A stretch of 42,053 bases of DNA, from contig NC_068988.1 of assembly GCF_001194135.2 (NCBI RefSeq), positions 9,678,229-9,720,281 on the forward strand. The letters are read 5' to 3'. Made by a program: the position numbers and the translations under genes. Shown here piece by piece: positions 1 to 10,697 of this stretch (positions are counted from its first letter, which is position 1; each line of letters begins with the position of its first letter). Below the pieces are notes generated by a model. That model made no database searches, was not told the DNA's origin, and saw only the letters and a list, made by a program, of their open reading frames with translations. Source of the DNA: Octopus bimaculoides (Eukaryota).

Positions 1-407
1 GTTAGGGCAAATGTTGTACACATACAGCTCAGGCAGATGTTAACGAAATTATATTAAAAATAAAACGAAGGAAAACGAACACACGTGTGTTGCCTCTCTG
101 CAAAATGTCAGAAGTAATGGAGATTAAATACGCTTTACACCGCTTACACTGCCAAAGGAACCGCTTAAACTGCCAAAGGAGTAACTGTAAACAGCTGAAT
201 ACTTGTCAGTGATTGATTGAAATTATCGAAATAAGACAATTTTTTACATGAAATAACTTCGAATACAAAAAATTTTTTCTGTTCTATAAAATATATAAGT
301 ATACGAAGTTTGAAAGTCTTTCGGCACCAAAAACACTACATAAAACATAAATGAAAACTGGTGCCCCCGTTTTGAACTAGATCCCAACAGACAAGTTAGA
401 AGGTTAA
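1..407. mobile_element. End of a non-autonomous DNA transposon/MITE, possibly piggyBac-like (ends ...AGG|TTAA); the other end lies outside the window
   Basis: Terminal GTGCCCCCGTTTTGAACTAGATCCCAACAGACAAGTTAGAAGGTTAA; internal direct repeat CGCTTACACTGCCAAAGGA / CGCTTAAACTGCCAAAGGA; recalled as an octopus interspersed repeat. Superfamily inferred from TTAA only. Confidence 0.35.
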
Positions 408-424
408 ATTGGTTTAAGACATAT

Positions 425-700
425 TAACGCCATTTAATGTCCATCTTCCATGCTGGCATGGGTTGGACAGTTTGACTGGATACAACGGAGCTGAGGACTT
501 GTTTGTATTTCATCAACGTTACCATTTAACGTCCATCTTCCATGCTAGCATGGGTTGGACAGTTTGACCACATACAAAAGCTGGAGAACTGTGTTGTGCT
601 CCAGTATTTACTTTGACTTGGTTTCTGCGATTGGATACCCTTCCTGATGCTAATCACTTTACAGAATGTATTGGGTGCTTTATTCATGATACCAACAGGA
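425..700 (-). mobile_element. Two tandem RTE-type LINE 3' tails (family D)
   Basis: CCATTTAA(T/C)GTCCATCTTCCATGCT(G/A)GCATGGGTTGGACAGTTTGAC occurs twice (~430 and ~521); it is the reverse complement of the D tail. Confidence 0.75.
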
Positions 701-977
701 GTGTAGGTCACCAAATCACTTGCAAGACAGCGAAGAAGCCCCCTAGAGGTAGGTGGCCTTATGCTGGATGTCTCAAGTATGGTATAGGGGAAGATACAGG
801 GCAACATCACATTGTATAATGACATAAAGATAGATAAATAATCTATTATCCTTTACATGCTTCAGTCATCGCAGAGCAACCATGCTTGGGCAACAACTTG
901 AAAGATTTAGTCAAACCAATCAACCTTGATAAAAATTTTCTAATCTGCCAAACTACTGAGTTTGAGAGAGAGAGAGA

Positions 978-1020
<43 letters not shown>

Positions 1021-1022
<2 letters not shown>

Positions 1023-1171
1023 AACTTCCATCTATCAAATTCATTCACAAGGGTTTTGGTCAACGAGGGGCTATAAAAGAAAACACTTGTCCAAGATGCT
1101 GCACAGTGGTACTGAACCTGAAACTACAGGGTTGCTAAGCAAGTTTCTTAACCACACAGCCATGACTGTGC
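1021..1171 (-). mobile_element. SINE family A, tRNA-like head only, flanked by (GA)n(CA)n
   Basis: Similar to the head of the full copy at 12701-13115; degenerate A/B boxes on the minus strand. Confidence 0.75.
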
Positions 1172-1467
1172 TTAATATAAATAAATAAAAATGTTTTGGT
1201 ACTATTTATTGTGGCTTGTTGACTGATTGTTTATATTAGTATTGGTAGTCACGTGTGAAACAAATAAATCATTACTCAGTTCAAGTATTTTGTTTGGATA
1301 AAGACATATGTTGCTATATAATGTAGTCCAGATTATCTCTGTAGAGCCAATCCTGTGTATTACGATGAATCTAAGCAATCCTTTTAAACAGGACATTTGT
1401 GGAATCTTTGCCAGAAACTGAGACATATTGCTTATGTTTGATATAACATACAGTGTTGATTATTAAA

Positions 1468-1600
1468 TCATCATCATCGTCCGCTTTCCATGCCAGCATG
1501 GGTTGGACGATTTGACTGAGGACTGGTGAACCAGGTGGCGACACCAGGCTCCAATCTGATTTGGCAGAGTTTCTACAGCTGGATGCCCTTCCTAATGCCA
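1468..1600 (-). mobile_element. LINE 3' tail (family D)
   Basis: (ATC)n-GTCCGCTTTCCATGCCAGCATGGGTTGGACGATTTGACTGAGGACTGG... Confidence 0.8.
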
Positions 1601-1656
1601 GATTTATTCTATTGTATATTATAGTAATTTAACAAAACACTGGTAACATACTTTTA

Positions 1657-1945
1657 TTCTTTTACTTGTTTCAGTCATTTGACTATGGCCATGCTGGAGC
1701 ACCGCCTTTAGTCAAGCAAATCGACCCCAGGACTTATTCTTTGTAAGCCTAGTGCTTATTCTATCGGTCTCTTTTGCTGAACCGCCAAATTATGGGGACG
1801 TAAATACACCAGCATCAGTTGTCAAGCGATGTTGTGGAGGGTGGGGGGGGGGAACAAACACTCACACACAAACATATACATAGACATATATATACACAGA
1901 CATATATATACAACAGGCTTCCAGTTTCAGTTTACCAAATCCATT
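1657..1945 (-). mobile_element. SINE family A, tail and linker, head truncated
   Basis: TTTTACTTGTTTCAGTCATTTGACT...GCCATGCTGGAGCACCGCCTTTAGTC..., reverse complement of ~12850-13115. Confidence 0.85.
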
Positions 1946-2024
1946 GTGGATGGATGGATGGACGGACGTGTGTGTGTGTTTGTGGTTTCCTTGACTTGGT
2001 AATGTGCTGATATTTATAAATGGA

Positions 2025-2216
2025 TACTGTCATACAAACAGTGTCACTTGCTTCCGACCTTCCAAGTTTATCCATGTCCAGGTATGGTGAGGTATTATCT
2101 TGAATGGAAAGAGATAAGGGTTGGCATCAGGAAGGCATCCAACTATAGAAAATCTAGCTCAGCAAATTTCGTCCAACCCAAGCAAGCATGACATTAAATG
2201 ATGATGATGATGATGG
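2025..2216 (+). mobile_element. LINE 3' tail, subfamily D2
   Basis: GGGTTGGCATCAGGAAGGCATCCAACTATAGAAAATCT...GCAAGCATGACATTAAAT(GAT)n. Confidence 0.65.
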
Positions 2217-2733
2217 TGGTGACTCATGGCCATTATTTACCTCATACCAATTATCTTATATCTAATCAGGTGATCCATGACTTGCAGACCTAACCAGTTA
2301 AAAGAAGTTATTTCAACGACTAATGTCTTCACAAATCATAAATATTGAGGGTGGGGCATAGTTTCTTTCATTTTCTATAAAACCAAACTCTATTTTACGA
2401 TTACCTGAATAACAAAGCAGATTAATCACACACTTACTCGTTCACTTCTGTTATAATCATTTTTATCTTTATTTTATTTTACTTTTTTAACTTAAGAACT
2501 TCCTGATCTTTTGGACTAATTCCTATCATTATTGTTTCCCCTACAGTTATCTGTGATTTTTTTTATTATTATTATTTTATTCTATCAAGTTTCGTGTTGT
2601 TTGGTTAGTTTATCTTATCTCCCCAAATAATGACTATATTGAACATTTTCCTTCAATTGTATTTCTCACATTGCTGAGTAACATTTAGACCACAGCTAAT
2701 AGATTGATAAAAATCATAACAGCAAAAGGTGAC

Positions 2734-3055
2734 AGGTATAACTGGGTGACAGACGAAGAGACTATGCAAAGAGCAGGGTTACAATCCCAGCAAGAGATTG
2801 TAGTTGAATGTCAGTTCTGTTTGGCTGGCCACATTCTCCATCTTGGTAATTAGCAACACTGGAAAACAGTTATGATATAGGCACCGCTTATTGGCAGACA
2901 TAAAGGGCTGAAGATTAGTTGGCAGCAGACATTTCAAGATAATCCAAAGACATTTTATGGAATGGATGCACAAGAATGGCAGCTGACCAAACCCAGTGGA
3001 GGAAGTTTGCCACCCAATGTGCTGAGCACTGCAAGTGAAGCTAAAGCTGAACGAC
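2734..3055 (+). mobile_element. Degraded LINE ORF2 C-terminus (RTE/RTE-X-like), a different family from D
   Basis: Translates RYNWVTDEETMQRAGLQSQQEIVVECQFCLAGHILHL...SWQQTF...WNGCTRMAADQTQWRKFATQCAEH with stops and frameshifts. Matches the post-RT pattern of RTE-clade ORF2 (VTNEEVLQRA..RLRLAGHILR..TW..A.DR.QWR). Confidence 0.65.
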
Positions 3056-3848
3056 AAAATAACTGAGATTTGTGTTACCTTTTATCCTTTGTCAATAAAA
3101 TAAAAATACAAGGGTCGATTTAATTAACTGTACCCACACCCAGAGTTAAGGCCATGTGATTATGAACACCTAAATTTGAAGTCGTGTTTATACACCCCAA
3201 AATTTGGGGCCCGTTGTTAGACGTCAATACAATCCCGTTTATTTATATTCACATTTTATAGTCTCCTTCTCTCTCCTCTCCCCTTCTCTCCCTTCCCCCT
3301 CTCCTTCCCTCCCTCTCCTTGAAATGGCAGTTCCCCAAGTTTGTGTCCTGTCATATTATCTTCTATACATACCCTACTTCACCCCTGGCTACCTTTAGTA
3401 GGGTTCGCTCTGTTGCAAGGTACCTAAACAATCCATTTCCCTCCATACACCCCAATTTGACTTTTGGCTACCTTAAACAGGGTCAACTCTATCACAAACA
3501 TTCCAACCTGATTTTTGGTCACAAGAGAAATGGTTTTGCTGCTTCCATGCATCATGGTTTCTTCCTTGCCCTTCAATCCACCATTCCCAGCTATTTGAAT
3601 ACTATACAAATATGTTTCTAAAAAGACTTTTCATTTAAATTTTCCAAAATTTAATTTTTCCAAAATGTGTTATCCATATCTACTGTTGATAAGTATTTTA
3701 GCAACTTCTACTTTGTCTTTTTTCCAGATATATATATATATATATATANNNNNNNNNNNNNNNNNNNNNNNNNNNNNNNNNNNNNNNNNNNNNNNNNNNN
3801 NNNNNNNNNNNNNNNNNNNNNNNNNNNNNNNNNNNNNNNNNNNNNNNN

Positions 3849-3894
<46 letters not shown>

Positions 3895-4861
3895 TTGTGG
3901 AGCAGTACATTCATGGTTATATCATATAATTGATAGGAGAGTTACCATTGGTTGTGTGTCTACCATTGCACTTGGCAATTCTGCTGATTCTTCAGATACA
4001 TTGGCTGGAAGCACGTGGCCTCTTTAATGCTGGAAGTAAAGATACAGTCTTGGTTTGCTTGGTGGTGAAAAAAGCGGTGCAAAATAACATAACGTTTCCT
4101 TGAAGGAAAGAAGAGTTATCTTCCATTATAGGATTTCAGCTGTCACCAACAAAAGGTGGTGCTCCAGCATGGCTGCAGTCAAATCACTGAAACAAATAAA
4201 TATATAAAGAAAAGTATATAAGACTTAAGGAATGGAGTAGGTAAGATCCAAGCTACATATGTTTCAAAGCGAGCGGAACCTCAGAAGTGGTAAATATCCA
4301 AGCGAGGTGTATACGGCAGGTTACTCTGTAGGCCAAGGGTATCTTGATTAAAATGAAAGTTTACATTGTTGCAGAGAGGTACATGTTAACACATGGAAGA
4401 TTCAATCAGAATGTGTAGAGAGCATGGTATTTACTACAAATTGCTTGAAGTTAACTGCCTTCCTACACTTCAATCCTTGGATCTTATGTTCATATATATA
4501 TATATATAAATATATAGTTTTAGGGAAAAGAACCAAGGTTCATGAACTCATCGATGAAAATCCACTGTCACATATAGAAAAATTAATAATTAAAAGCACA
4601 ATAAATAAGTATAATATATTACAAAGTAGTAAATATCATAAGATAATGATGATAATAATAATAATAATAATAATAAAACTATGTATTTAAATTTTATATA
4701 TATATATATATATTTAAATTTCACTATATATTTAAATTTCATACTGTGAAACTTAATTTAATTTTAATTTTTAATAAATTGAATTTGAGTTTTTACTTGT
4801 AAATTTGGATTTTATCCCTGATAATATATATATATATATATATAATTAATCCCCCCAAAAC

Positions 4862-5050
4862 AAAGAAAAAACACAAGAAATAAACAACAACGCAAGGATG
4901 TAGTACATGCAAGATATTAATAAGACACTCAAGCAAAGAAAGAAAGGTTGTTTAGCCTTTTGAGCAAAGCTCTCCTTTAGAAACAGGAGACAGAGGAAAG
5001 TCCAAGAGAAAAGGAAGTTGGAGGAAAAAAATCACCAACGATCCACATGT
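4862..5050 (-). mobile_element. Penelope-like element terminal fragment with decayed hammerhead-like motif
   Basis: Minus strand UGUUU-CUAAAGG-A-GAGC-UUU-GCUC-AAAAG-GC-U-AAACA; same layout as 36914-36949. Confidence 0.5.
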
Positions 5051-5861
5051 AGTTACATGTGTGTGTGTGTATACATGTATACACATAGATCTATATGGTT
5101 AAAAAAACGAGTACAGATCAATAGCCCTTTGGCTTCTCTGCGTCTATGTTACAATTTGTGTCAACGATCTATTATCAGCGCTCCACCACCAAAACCAAAG
5201 ACAATAAGTAAATATATAAATAAATGAATAAAAAGTTGCCATGACGATTATTAACTAACGAATTCCAAAATCTCATATCTCTTTGCCATGCTATATATTT
5301 AATTAAGCCTGATATGAAGAGGTTTAACGGGATGTATATATGTGTGTTCGTGTGTAAGAGATCGTCTTAAAATCTATGTCACCTCTCAGTCTATTAACTA
5401 TACAAACTAGTTTTATTGATACCTAGTTAGAGGTGGATGTTGTCTCAATCAGGTTAATTTGTAATTAATCCCCATTTAGAAATGAAGACATGTTGCTCCC
5501 AAATAGATTAGGTAATGCCATGTATGTGTGTATGTATGTGTGTACATGTGTGTATGGATGAACATGGATGTGTGTGTATGCATGCTTGTGTGTGTGCATG
5601 TATATATATNNNNNNNNNNNNNNNNNNNNNNNNNNNNNNNNNNNNNNNNNNNNNNNNNNNNNNNNNNNNNNNNNNNNNNNNNNNNNNNNNNNNNNNNNNN
5701 NNNNNNNNNNNNNNNNNNNNNNNNNNNNNNNNNNNNNNNNNNNNNNNNNNNNNNNNNNNNNNNNNNNNNNNNNNNNNNNNNNNNNNNNNNNNNNNNNNNN
5801 NNNNNNNNNNNNNNNNNNNNNNNNNNNNNNNNNNNNNNNNNNNNNNNNNNNNNNNNNNNNN

Positions 5862-5902
<41 letters not shown>

Positions 5903-6056
5903 AACTGGCACTTTGTTGGTTAGGACAAGTGCTCCATTTGATCTGATGCACAGAAAGACCTTTCATGAAATCAATATTCGAATGGTGGTGCACTCTGTAG
6001 ACACAAGTAACCTTAACTTGGTTTTCACAAATATTCTGCATGACAGCTAATGAAGT

Positions 6057-6240
6057 ACTTGGCTCAGTGGTTAGAGTGTTGGACTCATGATCAGAAGATT
6101 ATGATTTCAATTCCTGGACTGGGTGACGTTTTATGTTCTTAAGCAAAACACTTCATTTTCTGTTGCAAAAATGAGTCATCCGGTGACAGGACTGTGATCC
6201 CATCCAGGTGGGGAATTAATCCGCAATGAAACTGGCCCTC
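6057..6240 (+). mobile_element. SINE family C (tRNA head + CORE-like body)
   Basis: TGGCTCAGTGGTTAGAG A box, ATTTCAATTCC B-box variant, TTCTTAAGCAAAACACTTCATTT body. Confidence 0.7.
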
Positions 6241-6257
6241 AAGAAGGTGACATTACC

Positions 6258-6370
6258 TTTCCCTTTGAATTACAGGTACAAGTCATTTTAGTCAGCTGAG
6301 GGAATTGGAGTGACAGGTAATGAAGTGCCTTGTTCAAGAATACAATACACTTGCTGGATTCTGTCGAACT
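6258..6370 (-). mobile_element. SINE family C fragment, inverted relative to 6057-6240
   Basis: CCCTTTGAATTACAGGTACAAGTCATTTT...CAGCTGAG..., reverse complement of the C body at ~10160-10245. Confidence 0.6.
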
Positions 6371-6424
6371 GTCCATTTTCCATTGCGTAGAAAATGGATG
6401 GTAAATGATGATGATGTATTTTAG

Positions 6425-6956
6425 TCTTTTACATGTTTCAGTCACTGGACTGTGGCCATGTTGGAGCACTGCCTGGAAAGGTTTAAGTCAATCAAATCAC
6501 TCACCTACCTTGTTTCTTATTTAAGTATAAACAGTTTGGTTACAAGGAAGTAAACAAACCAACAGCTGTTGTCAAGCAGTGGGAGGGAGAAACACTAAGA
6601 TATACACACTCGCTCTCACCCACACACTCACTCTCACCCACACACTCACTCTCACCCACACACTCACTCTCACCCACACACTCACTCTCACCCACACACT
6701 CGCTCTCACCCACACACTCGCTCTCACCCACACACTCGCTCACACACACACTCACTCACTCCCACTCGTTTGCTTGCTTGCTCACTCACATTTATTGGGG
6801 CTTCCAAATAGTTTCCTTCAGCAAATTTACTCACCAGACATTGGTCAGCCTGAGGCTATTGTAGAAGACTCTTGCCCAAGGTACCATGCAGTGGGACTGA
6901 ACCTGAGACCATGTGGTTGCAAAGCCAGCCTCTTAACCCAGACAGCCATGTCTGTG
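6425..6956 (-). mobile_element. Full SINE family A with an 18-bp minisatellite in its linker
   Basis: Tail at ~6425-6590, head at ~6800-6956, array between them. Confidence 0.8.
6603..6740. repeat. 18-bp minisatellite CACACACTC(A/G)CTCTCACC, ~7.5 copies
   Basis: Units read directly at 6603, 6621, 6639, 6657, 6675, 6693, 6711 and 6729 (partial). Confidence 0.95.
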
Positions 6957-7005
6957 GTTCAACACTCTTCTACTGTAGCCACATCCCAAATCACCATTTT
7001 TCCGC

Positions 7006-7356
7006 TTCACCTGTTTCAGTCATCAGGCTATGGTCATGCTGGGGCACAGCTCTGAAGAAATTTAGACCTCGGTATATTTTTTTTTAAAGCCTGGTACTTA
7101 TTCCATCGTTCTCTTTTTGCCAAACCACTAAGTTACAGGGACGTAAACATACCAATTCCAGTTGTCAAGCAGTGAGATGGGGAGACAGACACATACACAC
7201 ACACAATGGGCTTCTTTCAGTTTCTGTCTACCAAATCTATTCACAAGGCTTTTGTCAGCCCAAGGCTATAGTAGAAGACACTTGCCCAAATGACGTGCAG
7301 TGGGACTGAACCCATAACCATGTGGTTGGGAAGCAAACTTCTTACCACACAACCAC
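7006..7356 (-). mobile_element. Full SINE family A
   Basis: Tail, short (AC) linker and head ending CTTACCACACAACCAC. Confidence 0.85.
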
Positions 7357-7872
7357 TTGGTAAGCAGAACGTGAAAGAAACCCATTTTGTATGCGTGTGT
7401 GTGTGTGTGCATTTGTGTGTGTGTGTGTGTGGCTGTGTGTACACGTGTCCTCTTGTCTTGACATTGTGTGACAGTTGTGAAAATAACTGAGTTAACCACA
7501 GTGGAACATTTCTATAGGACACTTGCGATTCAAACAGTGCCCTTTGTCCAGTAAGCTGGCTATACTACTACTACTACAACCACCATCACTCATGTATTTA
7601 TTGTGCAGCTGTTATTAACTTACTGACCTCTGACTGATAAATTGCGTATTTATTGTCTGTCATTGAAAACTTGTTATTGAACTGTGTTAAAATTGTAGTT
7701 CTTATGTATTGTGTTGCTTGTCTTATTATTTTGGTTGGTGAAATAGCTGTTCATTTTGTAAATAGATCTAAAGAACATTGCTCCCTGTTTTGGCTGATAA
7801 AAAATTACTATTTTAGGGTTAGATTAATCAATACATGAATCTAATCGTAGTATTCTGTATATATTGGTTCAG

Positions 7873-8045
7873 ATATGGCTGTGTGGTTAAAAAGCTGGCT
7901 TCCCAGCCATGTGGTTTGGGGTTCTGCCCTGCTGTGTGGCACTTTGTTTTGGTGTCTTCTGCTGTAATCTTGGACTGGCAAGGACCATGTAGGTGGATTT
8001 GGTGGATGGAAACTGAATGGAGTACCCAGCATGGCCACAACTCTT
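7873..8045 (+). mobile_element. SINE family A head, internally deleted and joined to CCAGCATGGCCACA of the tail
   Basis: TGGCTGTGTGGTTAAAAAGCTGGCTTCCCAGCCATGTGG... Confidence 0.65.
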
Positions 8046-8079
8046 GATCTATATCTAATAAAAGATATATATACATACA

Positions 8080-8123
<44 letters not shown>

Positions 8124-8124
<1 letters not shown>

Positions 8125-8509
8125 TCTTACACTTTTACTTGTTTCAGTCATTTGGCTGTGGCCATGCTGGAGCACCGCCTTTAGTCGAGCAAATCGACCC
8201 CAGGACTTATTCTTTGAAAGCCTAGTACTTATTCTATCGGTCACTTTTGCCAAACTGCCAAGTTATGGGGACGTAAACACACCAGCATCGGTTGTCAAGT
8301 GATGTTAGGGGGGACAAACACAGACCCACAAATATATACACACACACACATATATATATACATATATACAGCGGGCTTCTTTCAGTTTTCCGTCTACCAA
8401 ATCCACTCACAAGGCTTTGGTCGACCCGAGACTATAGTAGTAGACACTTGCCCAAGGTATCACGCAGTGGGAATGAACCCAGAAACATGTGGTTGGTAAG
8501 CAAGCTACT
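8124..8509 (-). mobile_element. Young full-length SINE family A running into the N gap
   Basis: Close reverse-complement match to 12701-13115. Confidence 0.9.
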
Positions 8510-8805
8510 NNNNNNNNNNNNNNNNNNNNNNNNNNNNNNNNNNNNNNNNNNNNNNNNNNNNNNNNNNNNNNNNNNNNNNNNNNNNNNNNNNNNNNNNNNN
8601 NNNNNNNNNNNNNNNNNNNNNNNNNNNNNNNNNNNNNNNNNNNNNNNNNNNNNNNNNNNNNNNNNNNNNNNNNNNNNNNNNNNNNNNNNNNNNNNNNNNN
8701 NNNNNNNNNNNNNNNNNNNNNNNNNNNNNNNNNNNNNNNNNNNNNNNNNNNNNNNNNNNNNNNNNNNNNNNNNNNNNNNNNNNNNNNNNNNNNNNNNNNN
8801 NNNNN

Positions 8806-9120
8806 CCAAATCAGACTGGAGCCTGGTGTTGCCATCCGGTTTCACCAGTCCTCAGTCAAATCGTCCAACCCATGCTAGCATGGAAAGCGGACGTTAAACG
8901 ATGATGATGATGATGATGATGATGATGTGCTGGTGCCATGTCATGTGAAAAGTACCCAGTACACTTTGTAAAGTGACTGGCATTAGGAAGGGCCTCCAGC
9001 CATAGAAACCATGACAAAACAGTCAACTAGAACCTGGTGCAGCCCTCTGACTTACCAACACCTGTCTAACTATCCAACTCATATCGGCATGGAAAACAGA
9101 TGTTAAATGATGGTGATAAT
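8806..9120 (+). mobile_element. Two tandem LINE 3' tails (family D): a young copy ending (GAT)n at ~8925, then an older copy
   Basis: CCAACCCATGCTAGCATGGAAAGCGGACGTTAAAC(GAT)n, then a diverged copy ending GTTAAATGATGGTGATAAT. Confidence 0.85.
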
Positions 9121-9132
9121 GCGATATGTATG

Positions 9133-9177
<45 letters not shown>

Positions 9178-9336
9178 TTAGTATTTTTTTGCCCTTGTTT
9201 TTTTCGCACAAAGTGTTTTGGATCAATTTATTTCTTGGGTATGTCTACCCTAACTTGCAGCCATTTGTAGTTATTTCTTTAAAATTAGTTACCCAATCAG
9301 CTTTCAGTGTTTGTTCATTGAACCGGTGTCTACAAA

Positions 9337-9497
9337 ATATTCTTTTCTATTCTAGGCATAAGGCTCGAAATTTTTGGGGAGGGGCCTGTTGATTAGCTCA
9401 ACTCCAGTACACAACTGGTACTTAATTTATCGACCCTGAAAGGATGAAAGGCAATGTCGACCTCGGTGGAATTTGAACTCAGAACGTCAAGACAGAC
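9337..9497 (-). mobile_element. SINE family B, 5' part missing where it meets the LINE tail
   Basis: ATTCTTTTCTATTCTAGGC...TTTATCGACCCTGAAAGGATGAAAGGC...GGAATTTGAACTCAGAACG. Confidence 0.85.
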
Positions 9498-9504
9498 TTT
9501 TTCA

Positions 9505-9890
9505 GGCTGGCATGGGTTGGATGGCTTGACAAGAACTGGTAAGGCCAGGGGACCACACCAGTTTCCATAATCTGTTTTGGCTTGGTTTCTGCGGCCGAAT
9601 GACCTGCCTGATACTGACCACTTTACAGAGCGGACTGTGTGCTTTTTATGTGGCACCAGCACCCACCCCGATGCTTTTTACATGGCACCTTCGTTTTAGG
9701 ATCTCAATTCTGTTATGCTCTGTGGGTCTTCTTGAGTAAAACAATCCATCACACATCTCAGTCCTCTGTCATCTTCATAAGTTTCAGCATTTTGAGATCG
9801 ACCATCAATACTCTGTCCATGTCTTCTTGGGTCTCCCTCTTTGATGACTTCCATCCATTAATGATGATGGTTGCTATTCTGTCGTGATCT
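9505..9890 (-). mobile_element. RTE LINE 3' end: ORF2 C-terminal remnant continuous with the family D tail
   Basis: Minus translation ...GSHQRGRPKKTWTE..DLKMLKLMKMTED... (GRPKKTW motif at 9817-9840), followed by D-type 3' UTR. Confidence 0.75.
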
Positions 9891-10086
9891 CTACTGATAA
9901 CTCTCTTAACCGAGACTGTCTTATCTATGGAATGAAATCAAAGACATAACTTGTGATGCAGACAACATTTATATTATTTCTGATCTAATTGCCTGATCAA
10001 TCAATATCTTAAATTGTGATATATTGACATCAGCTACTGTACATCACTCACTGAAATTGTAGCTTCAAGTGTGTGTGTGTGTGTGC

Positions 10087-10402
10087 ATATGGCTTAGTGG
10101 TTAGAGTATCCAGCTCATGGTCACAAGATCATGAGTTCGATTCCCAATAACATGTTGTATCCTTCAGCAAGACACTTTATTTCATGTTGCTCCAGTTCAC
10201 TCATCTGGCAAAAATGAGTTATACCTGTATTTCAAAGGGCCAGCCTTGTCACTATCTGTGTCATGCTGAATCTCCCCGAGAACTATATTAAGGGTACACA
10301 TGTCTGTGGAGTACTCAGCCACTTGCACGTTAATTTCACGAGTAGGCTGTTCTGTTGATTGGATCAACTGGAACCCTTGACATCATAAGCGATGGAGTGC
10401 CA
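10087..10402 (+). mobile_element. Full SINE family C
   Basis: TGGCTTAGTGGTTAGAG A box, GAGTTCGATTCCC B box, CORE-like CCTTCAGCAAGACACTTTATTTC, tail ...GATGGAGTGCCA(AC)n. Confidence 0.85.
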
Positions 10403-10469
10403 ACACACACACACACACATAACTATTCAGAGAGGGAGGGAGTCTGTTAAATATTCTATTGGTCTTTCT

Positions 10470-10697
10470 TGCTGATTGTCAAAACAATATCAGGGGGCGA
10501 TGGGGGGGGGGAACACATAGACACAAATACACACATAGATAAATATTCAATGGCCAATAAGCTTCCACCCAGCTTCCATATACCAAATTCTCTCACAAGA
10601 CACTGGTTGACCCAGGGCTATTGTAGAAGACAGTGGCCCAAGCTGTCACACAGTGGTTCTAAAGAAAGCTTCTTTCCCTCACAGCCATGCCAGCACC
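10470..10697 (-). mobile_element. SINE family A, linker and head
   Basis: CCAAATTCTCTCACAAGACACTGGTTGACCCAGGGCTATTGTAGAAGAC...CACAGCCATGCC. Confidence 0.7.

Noticed and set aside
1-7. GTTAGGG telomere-like hexamer
   Set aside because: Single copy, not an array.
2400-2440. Minus-strand TTCAG|GTAATC resembling a recursive splice site, near a perfect GTAAGT donor
   Set aside because: Only ~33 nt between donor and acceptor, upstream acceptor is purine-rich, and the host strand is unknown.
3265-3320. Pure pyrimidine tract (possible H-DNA)
   Set aside because: Ordinary low-complexity sequence in this genome; no long mirror symmetry seen.
5066-5085. 20-bp palindrome TGTGTATACATGTATACACA (also 16110-16125)
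   Set aside because: Arises trivially from adjacent (TG)/(TA)/(CA) microsatellites.
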